From NCBI GenBank assembly GCA_965203905.1, contig CBDBDQ010000005.1, positions 1,632,001 through 1,696,000 of the forward strand: a stretch of DNA of 64,000 nucleotides, written 5' to 3'. The position numbers and the translations under genes are program-made. Positions 41,351 to 50,836 of the stretch are shown here, piece by piece; positions within the stretch are counted from its first letter, which is position 1; each line of letters begins with the position of its first letter. This DNA comes from Spirochaetia bacterium (GTDB lineage Bacteria; Spirochaetota; Spirochaetia; SZUA-6; Bin103). The notes beneath the pieces are model-generated. The model saw nothing but the letters and a program-made list of their open reading frames with translations. It ran no database searches and was not told where the DNA came from.

Positions 41351-41501
41351 CCGCTTCGGCGGCGGCGAACCGTTGCGCGGCGCGGTCGCAGAGTTGCAGC
41401 GCCGCCTGTACGTCGCCTGAAACCGACGACCGGCACCGGCACTTGTGCCGCGCCTAGCTCCGTGCTATATATAGAGAGTATAGAGCGGTAAGGGGAGGAT
41501 C

Positions 41502-41741
41502 ATGGCGACTGGGTCGGTGTTCGAGAACAATCGCACCCAGGCGGTGCGTATTCCCGCTGAGATGCGGTTTGCCGCCGGGGTCAGGAAGGTGACCGTGCGT
41601 GCGGTAGGTCCCGACCGCGTGTTGTCACCGATCGGCCACTCCTGGGATACCTTCTTCCTGGGAGGCACGGCGGCAACCGATGACGTGCGCATTCGACGCG
41701 GCGACCAGGGACCGCCGGAGGAGCGTGAGCCGCTCGCATGA
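41502..41741 (+). CDS. vapB: VapB antitoxin (AbrB/MazE-type)
   Basis: SVFENNRTQAVRIPAEMRF; GGAGG RBS. Confidence 0.9.
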   Translation: MATGSVFENNRTQAVRIPAEMRFAAGVRKVTVRAVGPDRVLSPIGHSWDTFFLGGTAATDDVRIRRGDQGPPEEREPLA

Positions 41742-42136
41742 ACCGCTTCATGCTCGATACCGACCTGTCGATCTACGTCATCAACCGCCGGCCGCGGGAG
41801 GCGCTCGATACGTTCAACGCTCATGCGGGAGCGATCTGCATCAGCGCGATCACCCTCGCCGAACTGCTGCATGGCGCGGAGAAGAGCGGAAACCCGGTCA
41901 GGACGCGGCGGCGGGTGGAGGACTTCACGTCCCGGCTCAGCGTCGTGGAGTACGGCGCGCGCGCGGCCGCCCACTACGGGGAGATCAAGACCGATCTCGA
42001 ACGCCGAGGCTCGGTAATCGGTCCCAACGACCTGCACATCGCGGCTCACGCCCGCAGCGAAGCGTTGACGCTGGTGACCAGCAACCAGCGCGAGTTCGAC
42101 CGCGTCGACGGCCTGCGCACCGCCCGTTGGGTGTGA
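41738..42136 (+). CDS. vapC: VapC PIN-domain toxin
   Basis: MLDTD, ISAITLAEL, IGPNDLHIAAHA, LVTSNQREF; ATGA overlap with vapB. Confidence 0.93.
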   Translation: MNRFMLDTDLSIYVINRRPREALDTFNAHAGAICISAITLAELLHGAEKSGNPVRTRRRVEDFTSRLSVVEYGARAAAHYGEIKTDLERRGSVIGPNDLHIAAHARSEALTLVTSNQREFDRVDGLRTARWV

Positions 42137-42158
42137 GCGCGTTTCGTGAGGGAGTAGC

Positions 42159-42227
42159 GTGGCAATCAGATACGTTACGGGCGATCTGTTGGCGGCGGAC
42201 ATCGAGGCGTTGGTCACCGGTGGCTGA
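42159..42227 (+). pseudogene. N-terminal fragment of a macrodomain (DarG-like) protein
   Basis: GGAG RBS, then MAIRYVTGDLLAADIEALVT, matching the macrodomain start I.Y..GDLL.A..EALVN; stops after 22 aa. Confidence 0.65.
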
Positions 42228-43428
42228 TCCCATCCTGCGCCGCCTGGTGTTGCAGCGCTTTCGCAGTCTGGCCAAGGAGCAGGTAGAGTTTGACAACCCG
42301 GCGTTCCTGGTCGGTCAGAACGGCTCCGGAAAGAGCAACTTCGCCGATGCAATCGCGTTCCTTGCGGAAGCGATGGCGTCCCCGCTGCAAGCCGTACTTG
42401 AGCATCGTGGGGGATTCTCTGCGGTCAGTCATCGAGGCTCCGCGAGAGGCCGCCCGTCCAACCTGGGCTTGGGGGTAGTCCTCGACCATCCGGACGCCGA
42501 CTCGACCTGTGCTCGATATGGCGTCGAGTTGCGCCCGGTTTCCGGCTATGGCTTCCAGGTCGTACGAGAGCAGTGCGTGGTGATGCGGCCGGATGGAGCG
42601 AGCGACTGGTTCGACCGGCGTACCATCAACGGCTCGATTGGGTGGAACACCAGCGCTCGGTCTCTTGATCCGGTCGTGGAACCGAATGCGCTGGCGCTTC
42701 CACTGGTAGGTGGAGACGCGCGCTTTCGCCCGGTTCTGCGCTTTCTGGCGGATATGCGCACGTGTCGGATCGAACCGGCAGCGGTACGCGCCCTGCAGGA
42801 TCCGGACGGTGGCGTGCGGCTGCAAGCCGACGGCAGCAACGCCGCCAGCGTTCTCCGCGAGATCCAACGCAAGTCGGCTGCAGATTGGGAACGAATCGGC
42901 GAGCTACTCGAGAGTGTCGTCCCCGGGACCGTCGGCATCCGCCTCAAGCGGCACGGCAACAAGCTTACGCTGGCGTTCAGTCAGGACTGGGGGAAGCCGG
43001 CTCCGGTGACGTTCGAGGCATTCAACATGTCCGACGGCACGCTCCGGGTGCTGGGGATGCTGGCAGCAGTCTTTCAACGGCCGGCTCCGTCGTTGATCGT
43101 AATCGAGGAACCGGATGCCACCGTCCATCCGGGAGCCATAGGCGCGATTCTCGACGTATTGCGGCATGCGAGGCGCTTCATGCAGGTCGTAGCGACCACC
43201 CACAGTCCCGATGTGCTCGATGCCAAGTGGCTGCAGGATCGACACCTCCGCATCGCGAGTTGGGAGAACGGCACGACACGGATTCGCGCCGTCTCACCGT
43301 CAGTAACTGTAGCCCTGCGCGAACACCTGATGGGGCCTGGGGAGTTGCTCCGGGCCAATGCCATGATCGCAGCCGAAGCGTCCGAGCCGAGCAAGAGACC
43401 GTTCGCGTTATTCGCCGAGGTCACTTGA
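42220..43428 (+). CDS. ABC-type/AAA_21 ATPase (SMC-like, defence-associated type)
   Basis: LQRFRSL, LVGQNGSGKSN, MSDGTLR, IEEPD..VHP, TTHSP. Confidence 0.88.
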   Translation: MADPILRRLVLQRFRSLAKEQVEFDNPAFLVGQNGSGKSNFADAIAFLAEAMASPLQAVLEHRGGFSAVSHRGSARGRPSNLGLGVVLDHPDADSTCARYGVELRPVSGYGFQVVREQCVVMRPDGASDWFDRRTINGSIGWNTSARSLDPVVEPNALALPLVGGDARFRPVLRFLADMRTCRIEPAAVRALQDPDGGVRLQADGSNAASVLREIQRKSAADWERIGELLESVVPGTVGIRLKRHGNKLTLAFSQDWGKPAPVTFEAFNMSDGTLRVLGMLAAVFQRPAPSLIVIEEPDATVHPGAIGAILDVLRHARRFMQVVATTHSPDVLDAKWLQDRHLRIASWENGTTRIRAVSPSVTVALREHLMGPGELLRANAMIAAEASEPSKRPFALFAEVT

Positions 43429-43462
43429 GAGCTTACGTCGCAATGCGATACCGGAGGATCGG

Positions 43463-43744
43463 ATGAAGGCACAGAGTTCGATACTGCACGTCCGGATGGA
43501 CACCGAGATGAAGCGGAAGGCGACCACGGCGCTCGCGGCAGTGGGCCTGACGCCCTCGGAGGCCGTGCGGTTGCTCTTCCATCGCATCGCGGTCGATCAG
43601 GCCTTCCCGCTTGAACTCAAGGTGCCGAACGCGCAGACCCGTGCGGCCATGGCCGAGGTAGATGAGATGGTGAAGACGCGCAAGGCGCGATTCGCGAGCG
43701 CGGACGGGATGTTTGCGGACCTTGAAGAAGCCAGCCGCCAGTAA
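43463..43744 (+). CDS. RelB/DinJ-family antitoxin
   Basis: LHVRMDTEMKRKA...GLTPSEAVRLL...PLELKVPNAQTRAAMAE. Confidence 0.9.
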   Translation: MKAQSSILHVRMDTEMKRKATTALAAVGLTPSEAVRLLFHRIAVDQAFPLELKVPNAQTRAAMAEVDEMVKTRKARFASADGMFADLEEASRQ

Positions 43745-43834
43745 ACGGGCCGCCGAGTGACTCGTGGCTGATCCGCCAAATGGGGGTCAACATGGTCGGC
43801 TTCCCGGTTCAGGCCGCGAAAAGCGGTGATGCGC

Positions 43835-44188
43835 CTACCGATTTGGTCCGACGCTGCTCGGCGGCGCAGTGTCGGCCTGGACGCGGCGGCGCTGCTCCTT
43901 TGCTTCCCGTTTGCGCGCCTTTTTTTCGGCATCACGGCGTGCGATCTCCTCGATCGAACGAACAACCTCGGGAGCGCCTCTGCCGAATCGTTTGCGGTAC
44001 AGGTGTTCGACGTATTGGCGCAGCGGCAGCTTCCACGGCTCCTGATCGTGGTTGTCCAAGCGCCCCAGCTTGCGCGGATTCATTCCCAGCTCGCGCGCCA
44101 TCTGCACCTGGGCGTGGGACAGGTGATGTCGCTTGCGTGCGTCGATCCACTCCTGCAGCTTCGGGCTCGGCCTTCGACTCCTGGTCAC
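43835..44188 (-). CDS. Conserved hypothetical protein
   Basis: WIDARKRHHLSHAQVQMARELGMNPRKL..NHDQEPWKLPL..LYRKRF; basic C-terminal helix. Confidence 0.7.
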   Translation of the reverse strand: MTRSRRPSPKLQEWIDARKRHHLSHAQVQMARELGMNPRKLGRLDNHDQEPWKLPLRQYVEHLYRKRFGRGAPEVVRSIEEIARRDAEKKARKREAKEQRRRVQADTAPPSSVGPNR

Positions 44189-44323
44189 GGGCTCATCTCA
44201 CCGCTCGGCGTCGAAAGCGCCGGAGAGCGCGGCAGAAATGAGCACGCTCTCGGAGGCCGTGGCGAACGCCGCCGGGGCGGCGGGGAGCCGTTCGGATGAT
44301 AGGGGGCTGGCAGCGGGTTCAGG

Positions 44324-45166
44324 TCACAGCTCGGAGTCGTCATCGAACTCGTCGTCGAACGGGGCCGCGGCCATCATCATGGCGCTGCTGGCGGCGTCGG
44401 CAATCTCCGGGTCGTCGGAGTCGCTCAATTCGAGGAGTAGCGGTCTGGCCTCGTGCGGACGAATGTAGACCGCTGCTTCGACGGCAGCGAGCAGGAGCGC
44501 CTTGTCGGTGTCCTGCGCGGTAAGCAGGGCCGACACGTAGGGCCACGCGGCATCCACCTCCCAATTGCCGGCGGCGGCCACCGCGGCGCGCCGAATCTCG
44601 GCATCGGGATCGTCCAGCGCGGCGACGACTTCAGCATCGAACCCGCGCACGTAAGACATCGCGAACACTGCCGTCAGGCGCCAGTTTCGGTCCTTGCGGG
44701 AGTACGCCTCGCGGATCGCGTCCCGGTGCCATTCAGCCGGAGCGCGTACCGAGGCTTCCAGCACGTGACGCCGCACTTCCGGCGGAAGGTCGTCGTCCTG
44801 GTACCGGACACGCAGCGTCTCCTGGATCCGTCGGAAGGTGTGCTCGGAGATCGGCGGGGGACCCAATGTCTCTTCGTCGAGGCCCAGGAGGTCATCGTCG
44901 CTGTCCAGATCCATCTGCTCCAGGACCGGTCCGAGAGACAGCGCGGCCCGGCAGCGCAGCGGCTCGGATGCGGTGGGGTCGCCCACGAGGGACAGCAGGG
45001 CGGCGGCGAGTTGGTCGTCGATTGCCACGATCTCGCCGGCCAGTTCCGCGGCCAGGAGGCGGTCCGCTGCCGCCGCCTGCCGGTCGTCGAGAACCGCCAG
45101 CAGTGTGCCCCCGCCGTTCGGGGGCCATTCCCAGGGTGGGATGCGTGCAAGGAACTTCAGATCCAT
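44324..45166 (-). CDS. HEAT-repeat protein
   Basis: PPWEWP N-terminus; LRCRAALSLG, EIRRAAVAAAG, DPEIADAA repeats. Confidence 0.75.
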   Translation of the reverse strand: MDLKFLARIPPWEWPPNGGGTLLAVLDDRQAAAADRLLAAELAGEIVAIDDQLAAALLSLVGDPTASEPLRCRAALSLGPVLEQMDLDSDDDLLGLDEETLGPPPISEHTFRRIQETLRVRYQDDDLPPEVRRHVLEASVRAPAEWHRDAIREAYSRKDRNWRLTAVFAMSYVRGFDAEVVAALDDPDAEIRRAAVAAAGNWEVDAAWPYVSALLTAQDTDKALLLAAVEAAVYIRPHEARPLLLELSDSDDPEIADAASSAMMMAAAPFDDEFDDDSEL

Positions 45167-45176
45167 ACGGCGAGCC

Positions 45177-46202
45177 TCAGGATGTACCGATCGACAGGAG
45201 ATTGACCAGCGGCTCGTACAGCTCCTCGAGGGAGTCGACGTCTGCCGGGTCCAGGGTGAGGGCGGTGCCGGCGGCAAGGTCCTCGATCTGCGCCACCCGC
45301 GACACGCCGACCACGGGCGCGGCGACTCCCGGCTTGCCCAGCAGCCAGGCGATGCACACCTGGGCGCGCGAGGCGCCGTATTTGCGTGCTACCTCCGCGA
45401 CACGCTCGGCAATCTTGAAAGAGCGCGGGCTGCCGTACAGCCCTTCGGTGCGTTCCCGGTCCCGCCCGCGGGAGCGGTCGGTCGAACCCTGATCGAACCC
45501 GCCCCGGTAGGAGCCGGTCAGCACCCCGCGCGCCAGCGGCGACCAGGGGGTGAGGGCAACGTTGGTCTTGACGCAGTAGGGATTCATCTCCCGCTCTTCT
45601 TCCCGGTAGATCAGGTTGTAGTGGTTCTGCATGGCCACGAACCCGGTCCAGCCGTGCAGCCGGGTGGTGAGCTGCAGCTCCGCGAACTGCCAGGCGAACA
45701 TCGACGAGGCGCCCAGGTAGAGCGCCTTGCCCGCGCGCACCACGTCGTGCAGCGCCTCCAGCGTCTCCTCGATCGGCACCGCCGCCTGGCCGGGGACCGC
45801 ATGGGGATGGCGGTGGATCACCAGCACGTCGACGTAGTCGTGTCCCAGCCGGCGCAGACTGGCATCCACCCCCTCGATGATGTGCTTGCGCGACAGGCCG
45901 CCCTGATTGGCTCCTGGCCCCATCGGCATGGCGACCTTGGTCTGCAACACGTACTCGTCCCGCGGCAGCAGCTCCTTGAGGAGGCGGCCGACCACCGTTT
46001 CGCTGGCGCCTCGGCCGTAGGCGTCGGCACAGTCGAAATAGAACAGTCCGTGGTCGATCGCGCACCTGAATATCGGTCTGGCCTGATCCGTGTCGAGGGT
46101 CCAGTACCCCTGGGGCCCCTGGCCGGGCTGCCCAAAATTCATCGTGCCCAGGCACAACTGCGACACGCTCAGGCCGCTGCCAAGCGGAACACTCTTCAAC
46201 AT
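45177..46202 (-). CDS. Aldo/keto reductase
   Basis: LCLGTMNFG, FDCADAYG, SLRRLGHDYVD, YLGASS, QNHYNL, PWSPLARG. Confidence 0.95.
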   Translation of the reverse strand: MLKSVPLGSGLSVSQLCLGTMNFGQPGQGPQGYWTLDTDQARPIFRCAIDHGLFYFDCADAYGRGASETVVGRLLKELLPRDEYVLQTKVAMPMGPGANQGGLSRKHIIEGVDASLRRLGHDYVDVLVIHRHPHAVPGQAAVPIEETLEALHDVVRAGKALYLGASSMFAWQFAELQLTTRLHGWTGFVAMQNHYNLIYREEEREMNPYCVKTNVALTPWSPLARGVLTGSYRGGFDQGSTDRSRGRDRERTEGLYGSPRSFKIAERVAEVARKYGASRAQVCIAWLLGKPGVAAPVVGVSRVAQIEDLAAGTALTLDPADVDSLEELYEPLVNLLSIGTS

Positions 46203-46218
46203 CGTCCTCCGTCCTCCA

Positions 46219-46719
46219 TCAGCCGGCAGGGTCGCCGGCGGCGCCCGGCTCGACCTTGAGATCCGCCACCCGGGCCCCGCTCACGTCGCGCAGGCGGGCC
46301 GGCTCGATCGGGAACACGCTGAACGGGCTCCCCCCGGCCGCCCACACCTCCGCGAAGCGGAACAGGTCGGCATCCATGAACACGGCGACTGGCGTGGCAT
46401 ATCCCAGGGGAGGGACGCCGCCGATGGCAAACCCCGTAGTCGCGCGCACGAAGTCCGCGTCGGCGCGGCCCACCTCCGCGCCGAGCACCGCGGAAAGCTT
46501 GCCGGGATCGAGGCGGTTGTCGCCGCTCATGATGGCGATCACCGCGCGGTCGCCGGCCCGAAACACGAGCGTCTTGGCGATCTCGGCCACCGCGCACCCC
46601 ACCGCCGCCGCGGCCTCCACCGCGGTGCGGGTCGAGTCCGGCAAGGTGTGGATCCTGCATTCCAGCCCGGCCGCCTTGAGAGCGGCCCGTACGCGGTCGG
46701 GTCCTTTCATTCTCGCCAT
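46219..46719 (-). CDS. YbaK/EbsC aminoacyl-tRNA editing family protein
   Basis: TAVEAAAAVG, IAKTLVF, TGFAIGGVPPLG, VWAAGG. Confidence 0.9.
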   Translation of the reverse strand: MARMKGPDRVRAALKAAGLECRIHTLPDSTRTAVEAAAAVGCAVAEIAKTLVFRAGDRAVIAIMSGDNRLDPGKLSAVLGAEVGRADADFVRATTGFAIGGVPPLGYATPVAVFMDADLFRFAEVWAAGGSPFSVFPIEPARLRDVSGARVADLKVEPGAAGDPAG

Positions 46720-46776
46720 GGGTACGGTGGATTCTACCACCACTCACCGCGGCTACTGGTACTATCGTTAGGACCG

Positions 46777-47586
46777 ATGGACGACCTGACCGACATACGC
46801 GAGATGTACAACGCCGCCTGGGACGTGGAGACATCCAGACTAGATCGGCATCAGCTCGAGGCTGACATCACCTGGCGCTACCTGGACCGCTACCTGCCAC
46901 CGGACGGTCATATCCTCGATATCGGATGCGGCACCGGAGCCTACACCTTTTCATTGGCGGAGCGCGGCTACCGGATCACCGCCGTCGACCTTGCCGAGGA
47001 GCTCGTTGCCCGTTGCCAGGCGATGACCGATGAGGCGGGCGTAAATCGAATCGACTTCCGGGTCGGCGATGCACGCAGTCTGGAAGGTATCCGCCGTGGC
47101 GAGTTCGACGCGGTCCTGCTCATGGGTCCGCTCTACCATCTTGTGATCGAAGCCGACCGTACGGCGGCTCTGACGGCAGCCCGGGAATGCCTGAGACCGG
47201 GGGGAGTGATCTTCTCCGCGCTGATTTCGAGATTCGGAATCCTGGGCGACCTCATCAAGAAAAACCCCGCGTGGATCGAAGACCAGGAGTGGGTGCGGTC
47301 GACCATGGAGATCGGTCATCGGCCGGATGACGCCCCCAGGGGCGGCTTCCGAGGATACTTTGTGCGACCGGAAGAGATCGCCCCCATGCATGAGGCCGTG
47401 GGATTCCGAACGCTGCAGATCGCCGGTGTCGAGCCGGCCATCTCTGCCGACGACGAGAGCTACAATGCCCTCGACGGGAAGCAAAGAGAGCTGTGGCTGA
47501 ATCTCCTTTTCGAAGTGAGCACGGAGCGAAGCATGGTGGCATCATCTCGACACCTGCTCTACGTCGGTCGCAGAGAGGATGGCTGA
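46777..47586 (+). CDS. Class I SAM-dependent methyltransferase
   Basis: ILDIGCGTG, VGDARSL, FDAVLLMGPLYHL, LRPGG. Confidence 0.9.
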   Translation: MDDLTDIREMYNAAWDVETSRLDRHQLEADITWRYLDRYLPPDGHILDIGCGTGAYTFSLAERGYRITAVDLAEELVARCQAMTDEAGVNRIDFRVGDARSLEGIRRGEFDAVLLMGPLYHLVIEADRTAALTAARECLRPGGVIFSALISRFGILGDLIKKNPAWIEDQEWVRSTMEIGHRPDDAPRGGFRGYFVRPEEIAPMHEAVGFRTLQIAGVEPAISADDESYNALDGKQRELWLNLLFEVSTERSMVASSRHLLYVGRREDG

Positions 47587-48955
47587 CCCCTCCCCGCCGC
47601 GAATGACGGCGACGACTACGGTGCGGCTGCCCTGCCTGCCGCTGTTGTGGCGCTACCACGTGCGCCCGGGGCTGCGCGACCTGCGGCGCTCCTTCGAGCC
47701 GCGCATGCTGGTCACCCTGGTGCCGCTGGCGCTGCTGCTCTGGCTCGCCTACGCGGGGTACTTCCTGGCGGTGTACGGCGGGCAGATCGCGCTGCCGTTG
47801 GCCGCGCTGCGCTGGAGCCTGCCGGGCTCCTTCGCGGTGGCGTTCGCTCTGCGCACGCGGAGGCCGCGGTCGGCGGTGATGTTCCACGCCACCACGCCGG
47901 CGGACCTCGCCACCAGCCTGCGGCTGCAGGCGCTGGCGAACGGCGGCGCGCCGCTGGCGTACGCCGTCTTGTTCCTGGCCGGTGCGGTGCCGGGGGTGCT
48001 GCACGCACATCCGCCGCCCGCGGCCGCGCGCTATCTCGCCGCCGACGCCTCCATGCTGGCGCTGATCGTCTCGAACCTGTCGCTGGCGCCGGTGCTGGCC
48101 GGCCTGCGCTCGCGCGCGCGGCTGGCCTGGGCGGGCGTGGTGCTGGCCTTCCTCGGGGCGGAGGCCGCGGCGAGCCTGCGCTGGGAGGCGGCCAACCTGG
48201 TGGTCGTGGCCGTGAACGTGGTGGTCCTGGCCGCGTTCTGGGGCTACGGGGCGCGCACCTGGAATCCGGTAACCCTGTACGGTGCCGTCGTCCGCCGCCT
48301 CGCCCGCTCACAGCGCCAGGCGCTGGCTGCCCGCGTCACCCGCCGCATGCCGATCGAGGTTGCGGTCTACTCCCGCGAGTTCCTGCTCACCCCGGAGGGC
48401 TTGGTCACCTGCGCAGCCGGGTACGGCTTTGCCATCGCGGCGGCGGCCGATCTCTCCGCCAGCATGCCGGCCTCGGGAGTGCCTGCGAACCTGATCTTCG
48501 CGTACCTGGCGACGGCCGCGGCCTCCGGGGTGTATCTGACCGGCCTGCGTGGCCTCCCCATCGCCTTCTACAAGCTCACGCCGGTCTCCTTTGCGCGCCT
48601 GACCGCGTTCCTGGTGCTGCCGCACCTGGCCGTGTTGGCGCCTATCACCCTGGCGGCGCTGGCCCTGGAGCTGGCAGCGGGCGGCGCGCCGGCGACGCTC
48701 GGCCTGTTGCCGCTGCAGATGGCCATGCTGCCGCTGCTGGCGTGGCTGGTCGCCGTGCGCCACCTGCACCGCGTCCTGCTGCCGACCCTGTTCTATGCGC
48801 TGCTGGCGGTGAGCGGGCTGGTTGCCGCGGTGGTCAGGCCGCTGTTGTTCGTGGGCCTGGGCGCGGCCGTTCTGGTATTCCTGTACCGCGGCGCCTCCGC
48901 CCGCTACCTGGCGGCCACGGCGGACGAGTGGCCGGAGCCCGATGATCCAGTTTGA
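47579..48955 (+). CDS. Polytopic membrane protein, probable ABC permease
   Basis: Many TM segments; overlaps the downstream ABC ATPase gene. Confidence 0.65.
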   Translation: MADPSPPRMTATTTVRLPCLPLLWRYHVRPGLRDLRRSFEPRMLVTLVPLALLLWLAYAGYFLAVYGGQIALPLAALRWSLPGSFAVAFALRTRRPRSAVMFHATTPADLATSLRLQALANGGAPLAYAVLFLAGAVPGVLHAHPPPAAARYLAADASMLALIVSNLSLAPVLAGLRSRARLAWAGVVLAFLGAEAAASLRWEAANLVVVAVNVVVLAAFWGYGARTWNPVTLYGAVVRRLARSQRQALAARVTRRMPIEVAVYSREFLLTPEGLVTCAAGYGFAIAAAADLSASMPASGVPANLIFAYLATAAASGVYLTGLRGLPIAFYKLTPVSFARLTAFLVLPHLAVLAPITLAALALELAAGGAPATLGLLPLQMAMLPLLAWLVAVRHLHRVLLPTLFYALLAVSGLVAAVVRPLLFVGLGAAVLVFLYRGASARYLAATADEWPEPDDPV

Positions 48956-49658
48956 CCGCGTCACCAAGATCTACGCCGCCAGCGACCGCGGGGTGACCGA
49001 TCTTGACTTCCACCTGAGCCCAGGCGTGACCGGCTTCCTGGGGCGCAACGGCTCCGGCAAGACCACCACCATGCGGCTGCTGGTCGGGCTGCTGATGCCC
49101 GACCGCGGGCGCGTCCTGATCGACGGCAAGGACCTGTGGCAGTACCCGCACGTGCTGGAGCTGAAGCGCTGCCTGGGGTTCCTGCCCAATGAGCACTACT
49201 TCTTCGCCAAGCTCAGCGGGCGCGAGAACCTCGAATACCTGAGCCTGCTCAAGACCGGCGAGCGGGACGCCTGGGGTGCCCTGGAGACCATCGCCGCAAG
49301 CCTCGGCATGGAGGAGCCGCTGGGGCGGCCGTTCGCCGACTACTCCACCGGCATGCGCAAGAAGGTGCAGCTCCTGGGTGCGCTGATCGGCGATCCGGCG
49401 GTGCTGGTGCTGGACGAGCCGATGAGCGGCCTCGACGTGCTGGCCAACATCGTGCTTCGCCGCCTGCTGCTGGAGCTGCGCGAGCGCGGCAAGACGCTGT
49501 TCGTGAGCAGCCACCTGGCGGAGGTGTTCGACGGCATGGCGGACCGGCTGCTGATCATCGAAGATGGCCGCATCGTGCGCGCCGAGAGCGCGCCGTTTCC
49601 CGGCAACGTCGTAGACCTGTACCTGGAGGCACTCGACTCGCCGGAATCGGGCGCGTAA
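48942..49658 (+). CDS. ABC transporter ATP-binding protein
   Basis: GRNGSGKTT, YSTGMRKK, VLDEPMSGLD, SSH. Confidence 0.92.
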   Translation: MIQFDRVTKIYAASDRGVTDLDFHLSPGVTGFLGRNGSGKTTTMRLLVGLLMPDRGRVLIDGKDLWQYPHVLELKRCLGFLPNEHYFFAKLSGRENLEYLSLLKTGERDAWGALETIAASLGMEEPLGRPFADYSTGMRKKVQLLGALIGDPAVLVLDEPMSGLDVLANIVLRRLLLELRERGKTLFVSSHLAEVFDGMADRLLIIEDGRIVRAESAPFPGNVVDLYLEALDSPESGA

Positions 49659-49739
49659 CGGGGTGAGGATCCCTCGGGCCCGCCCTCGGGCCCGATGCTG
49701 GTTTGCCGGCTCAGGGTTGCGCTGCTATAGTCGTCGGCT

Positions 49740-50765
49740 ATGGCACAGGCTGACTTGGCCGATCTGACCGGCAGAGACGAGCGCGGCAACTGGAAGCCGG
49801 TGGAGCGGATCGAGATGCCGGCCCACCTGCGCTGGCCGTTGCAGCCGGCGGCGCTGCTCAAGTGGCTGTTCGGGTTCCCCGGCTACCTGTGGCCGTTCCA
49901 CGCCATCTGGTTCGGGTTCGCCTGTCTCTCCTGGTTCCTGCTCACCCCGCCGCTGGAGACCATGGCCCGCCTGGCCCCCGGCTGGATGGCCGTGATCTTC
50001 CTGCGCAACCTCGCGTTGCTGCTGGTCTGGTTCGGTTTCTGGCACGTGCGCCTGCACCTGCAGCGCGCCCAGGGCATGCGCTACAAGTACAACGACCGCT
50101 GGCTGAGCACCGGCAATCGCAAGTTCCTGTTTCGCAACCAGACGCGCGACAACATGTTCTGGAGCGTGGTGAGCGGCGGCGGCATCTGGTCGGCGTACGA
50201 GGTCGTGACCCTGTGGGCCTACGCCAACGGCCTGCTGCCGTGGTTGGCGCTGCGCTCCAACCCGGTGTTCTTCGTGCTGCTGTTGCTGGCGATACCGCTG
50301 ATCCGCGACCTCCACTTCTACGCCATGCACCGGCTGCTGCACTGGAAGCCGCTGTACCGGGCCGCCCACTACGTGCATCACAAGAACGTAAACGTCGGCC
50401 CCTGGTCCGGCCTCGCGATGCACCCGATCGAGCACCTGCTGTACTTCAGCGGCGTGCTGCTGCACTGGGTGCTGCCGTCCCATCCGCTGCACGCGCTGTT
50501 CCACCTGCAGCACGCCGCGTTCAGCCCCGCCGCCGGCCACAGCGGCTTCGAGGCGACCGAGTTCGGCCACCAGTCGGCGCCCCTGGCCCACGGCAGCTAC
50601 TTCCACTACCTGCACCACCGCTACTTCGAGTGCAACTACGCCGGCGACAACGCCATGGTGCTGGACCGCTTCTTCGGCAGCCTGCACAACGGCACTCCCG
50701 AGGCGCACGCCCGGATGCGGTCCCGCGCCCACGCCCGCATGCGCACCCGCAAGGCGGCCGCCTAA
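49740..50765 (+). CDS. Sterol desaturase / fatty acid hydroxylase family protein
   Basis: His boxes HFYAMHRLLH, HYVHH, HYLHH; MHPIEH. Confidence 0.9.
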   Translation: MAQADLADLTGRDERGNWKPVERIEMPAHLRWPLQPAALLKWLFGFPGYLWPFHAIWFGFACLSWFLLTPPLETMARLAPGWMAVIFLRNLALLLVWFGFWHVRLHLQRAQGMRYKYNDRWLSTGNRKFLFRNQTRDNMFWSVVSGGGIWSAYEVVTLWAYANGLLPWLALRSNPVFFVLLLLAIPLIRDLHFYAMHRLLHWKPLYRAAHYVHHKNVNVGPWSGLAMHPIEHLLYFSGVLLHWVLPSHPLHALFHLQHAAFSPAAGHSGFEATEFGHQSAPLAHGSYFHYLHHRYFECNYAGDNAMVLDRFFGSLHNGTPEAHARMRSRAHARMRTRKAAA

Positions 50766-50836
50766 CCGTACGCCCCGGAACCGCCGCCAGCCGGCGCCGG
50801 TCACAATCCGACAGACTCGCGGCGCCCGCGCGCGGC

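Noticed and set aside
41680-42219. N-terminal extension of the 582-aa ORF 41680-43428
   Set aside because: Overlaps vapBC in another frame; ATPase similarity begins at GTG 42220.
49666-49693. Short tandem CCCTCGGGCCC duplication (and similar GGACGGTCC repeats near 52430)
   Set aside because: Two copies of short GC-rich words, with no evident family of such repeats in the window.
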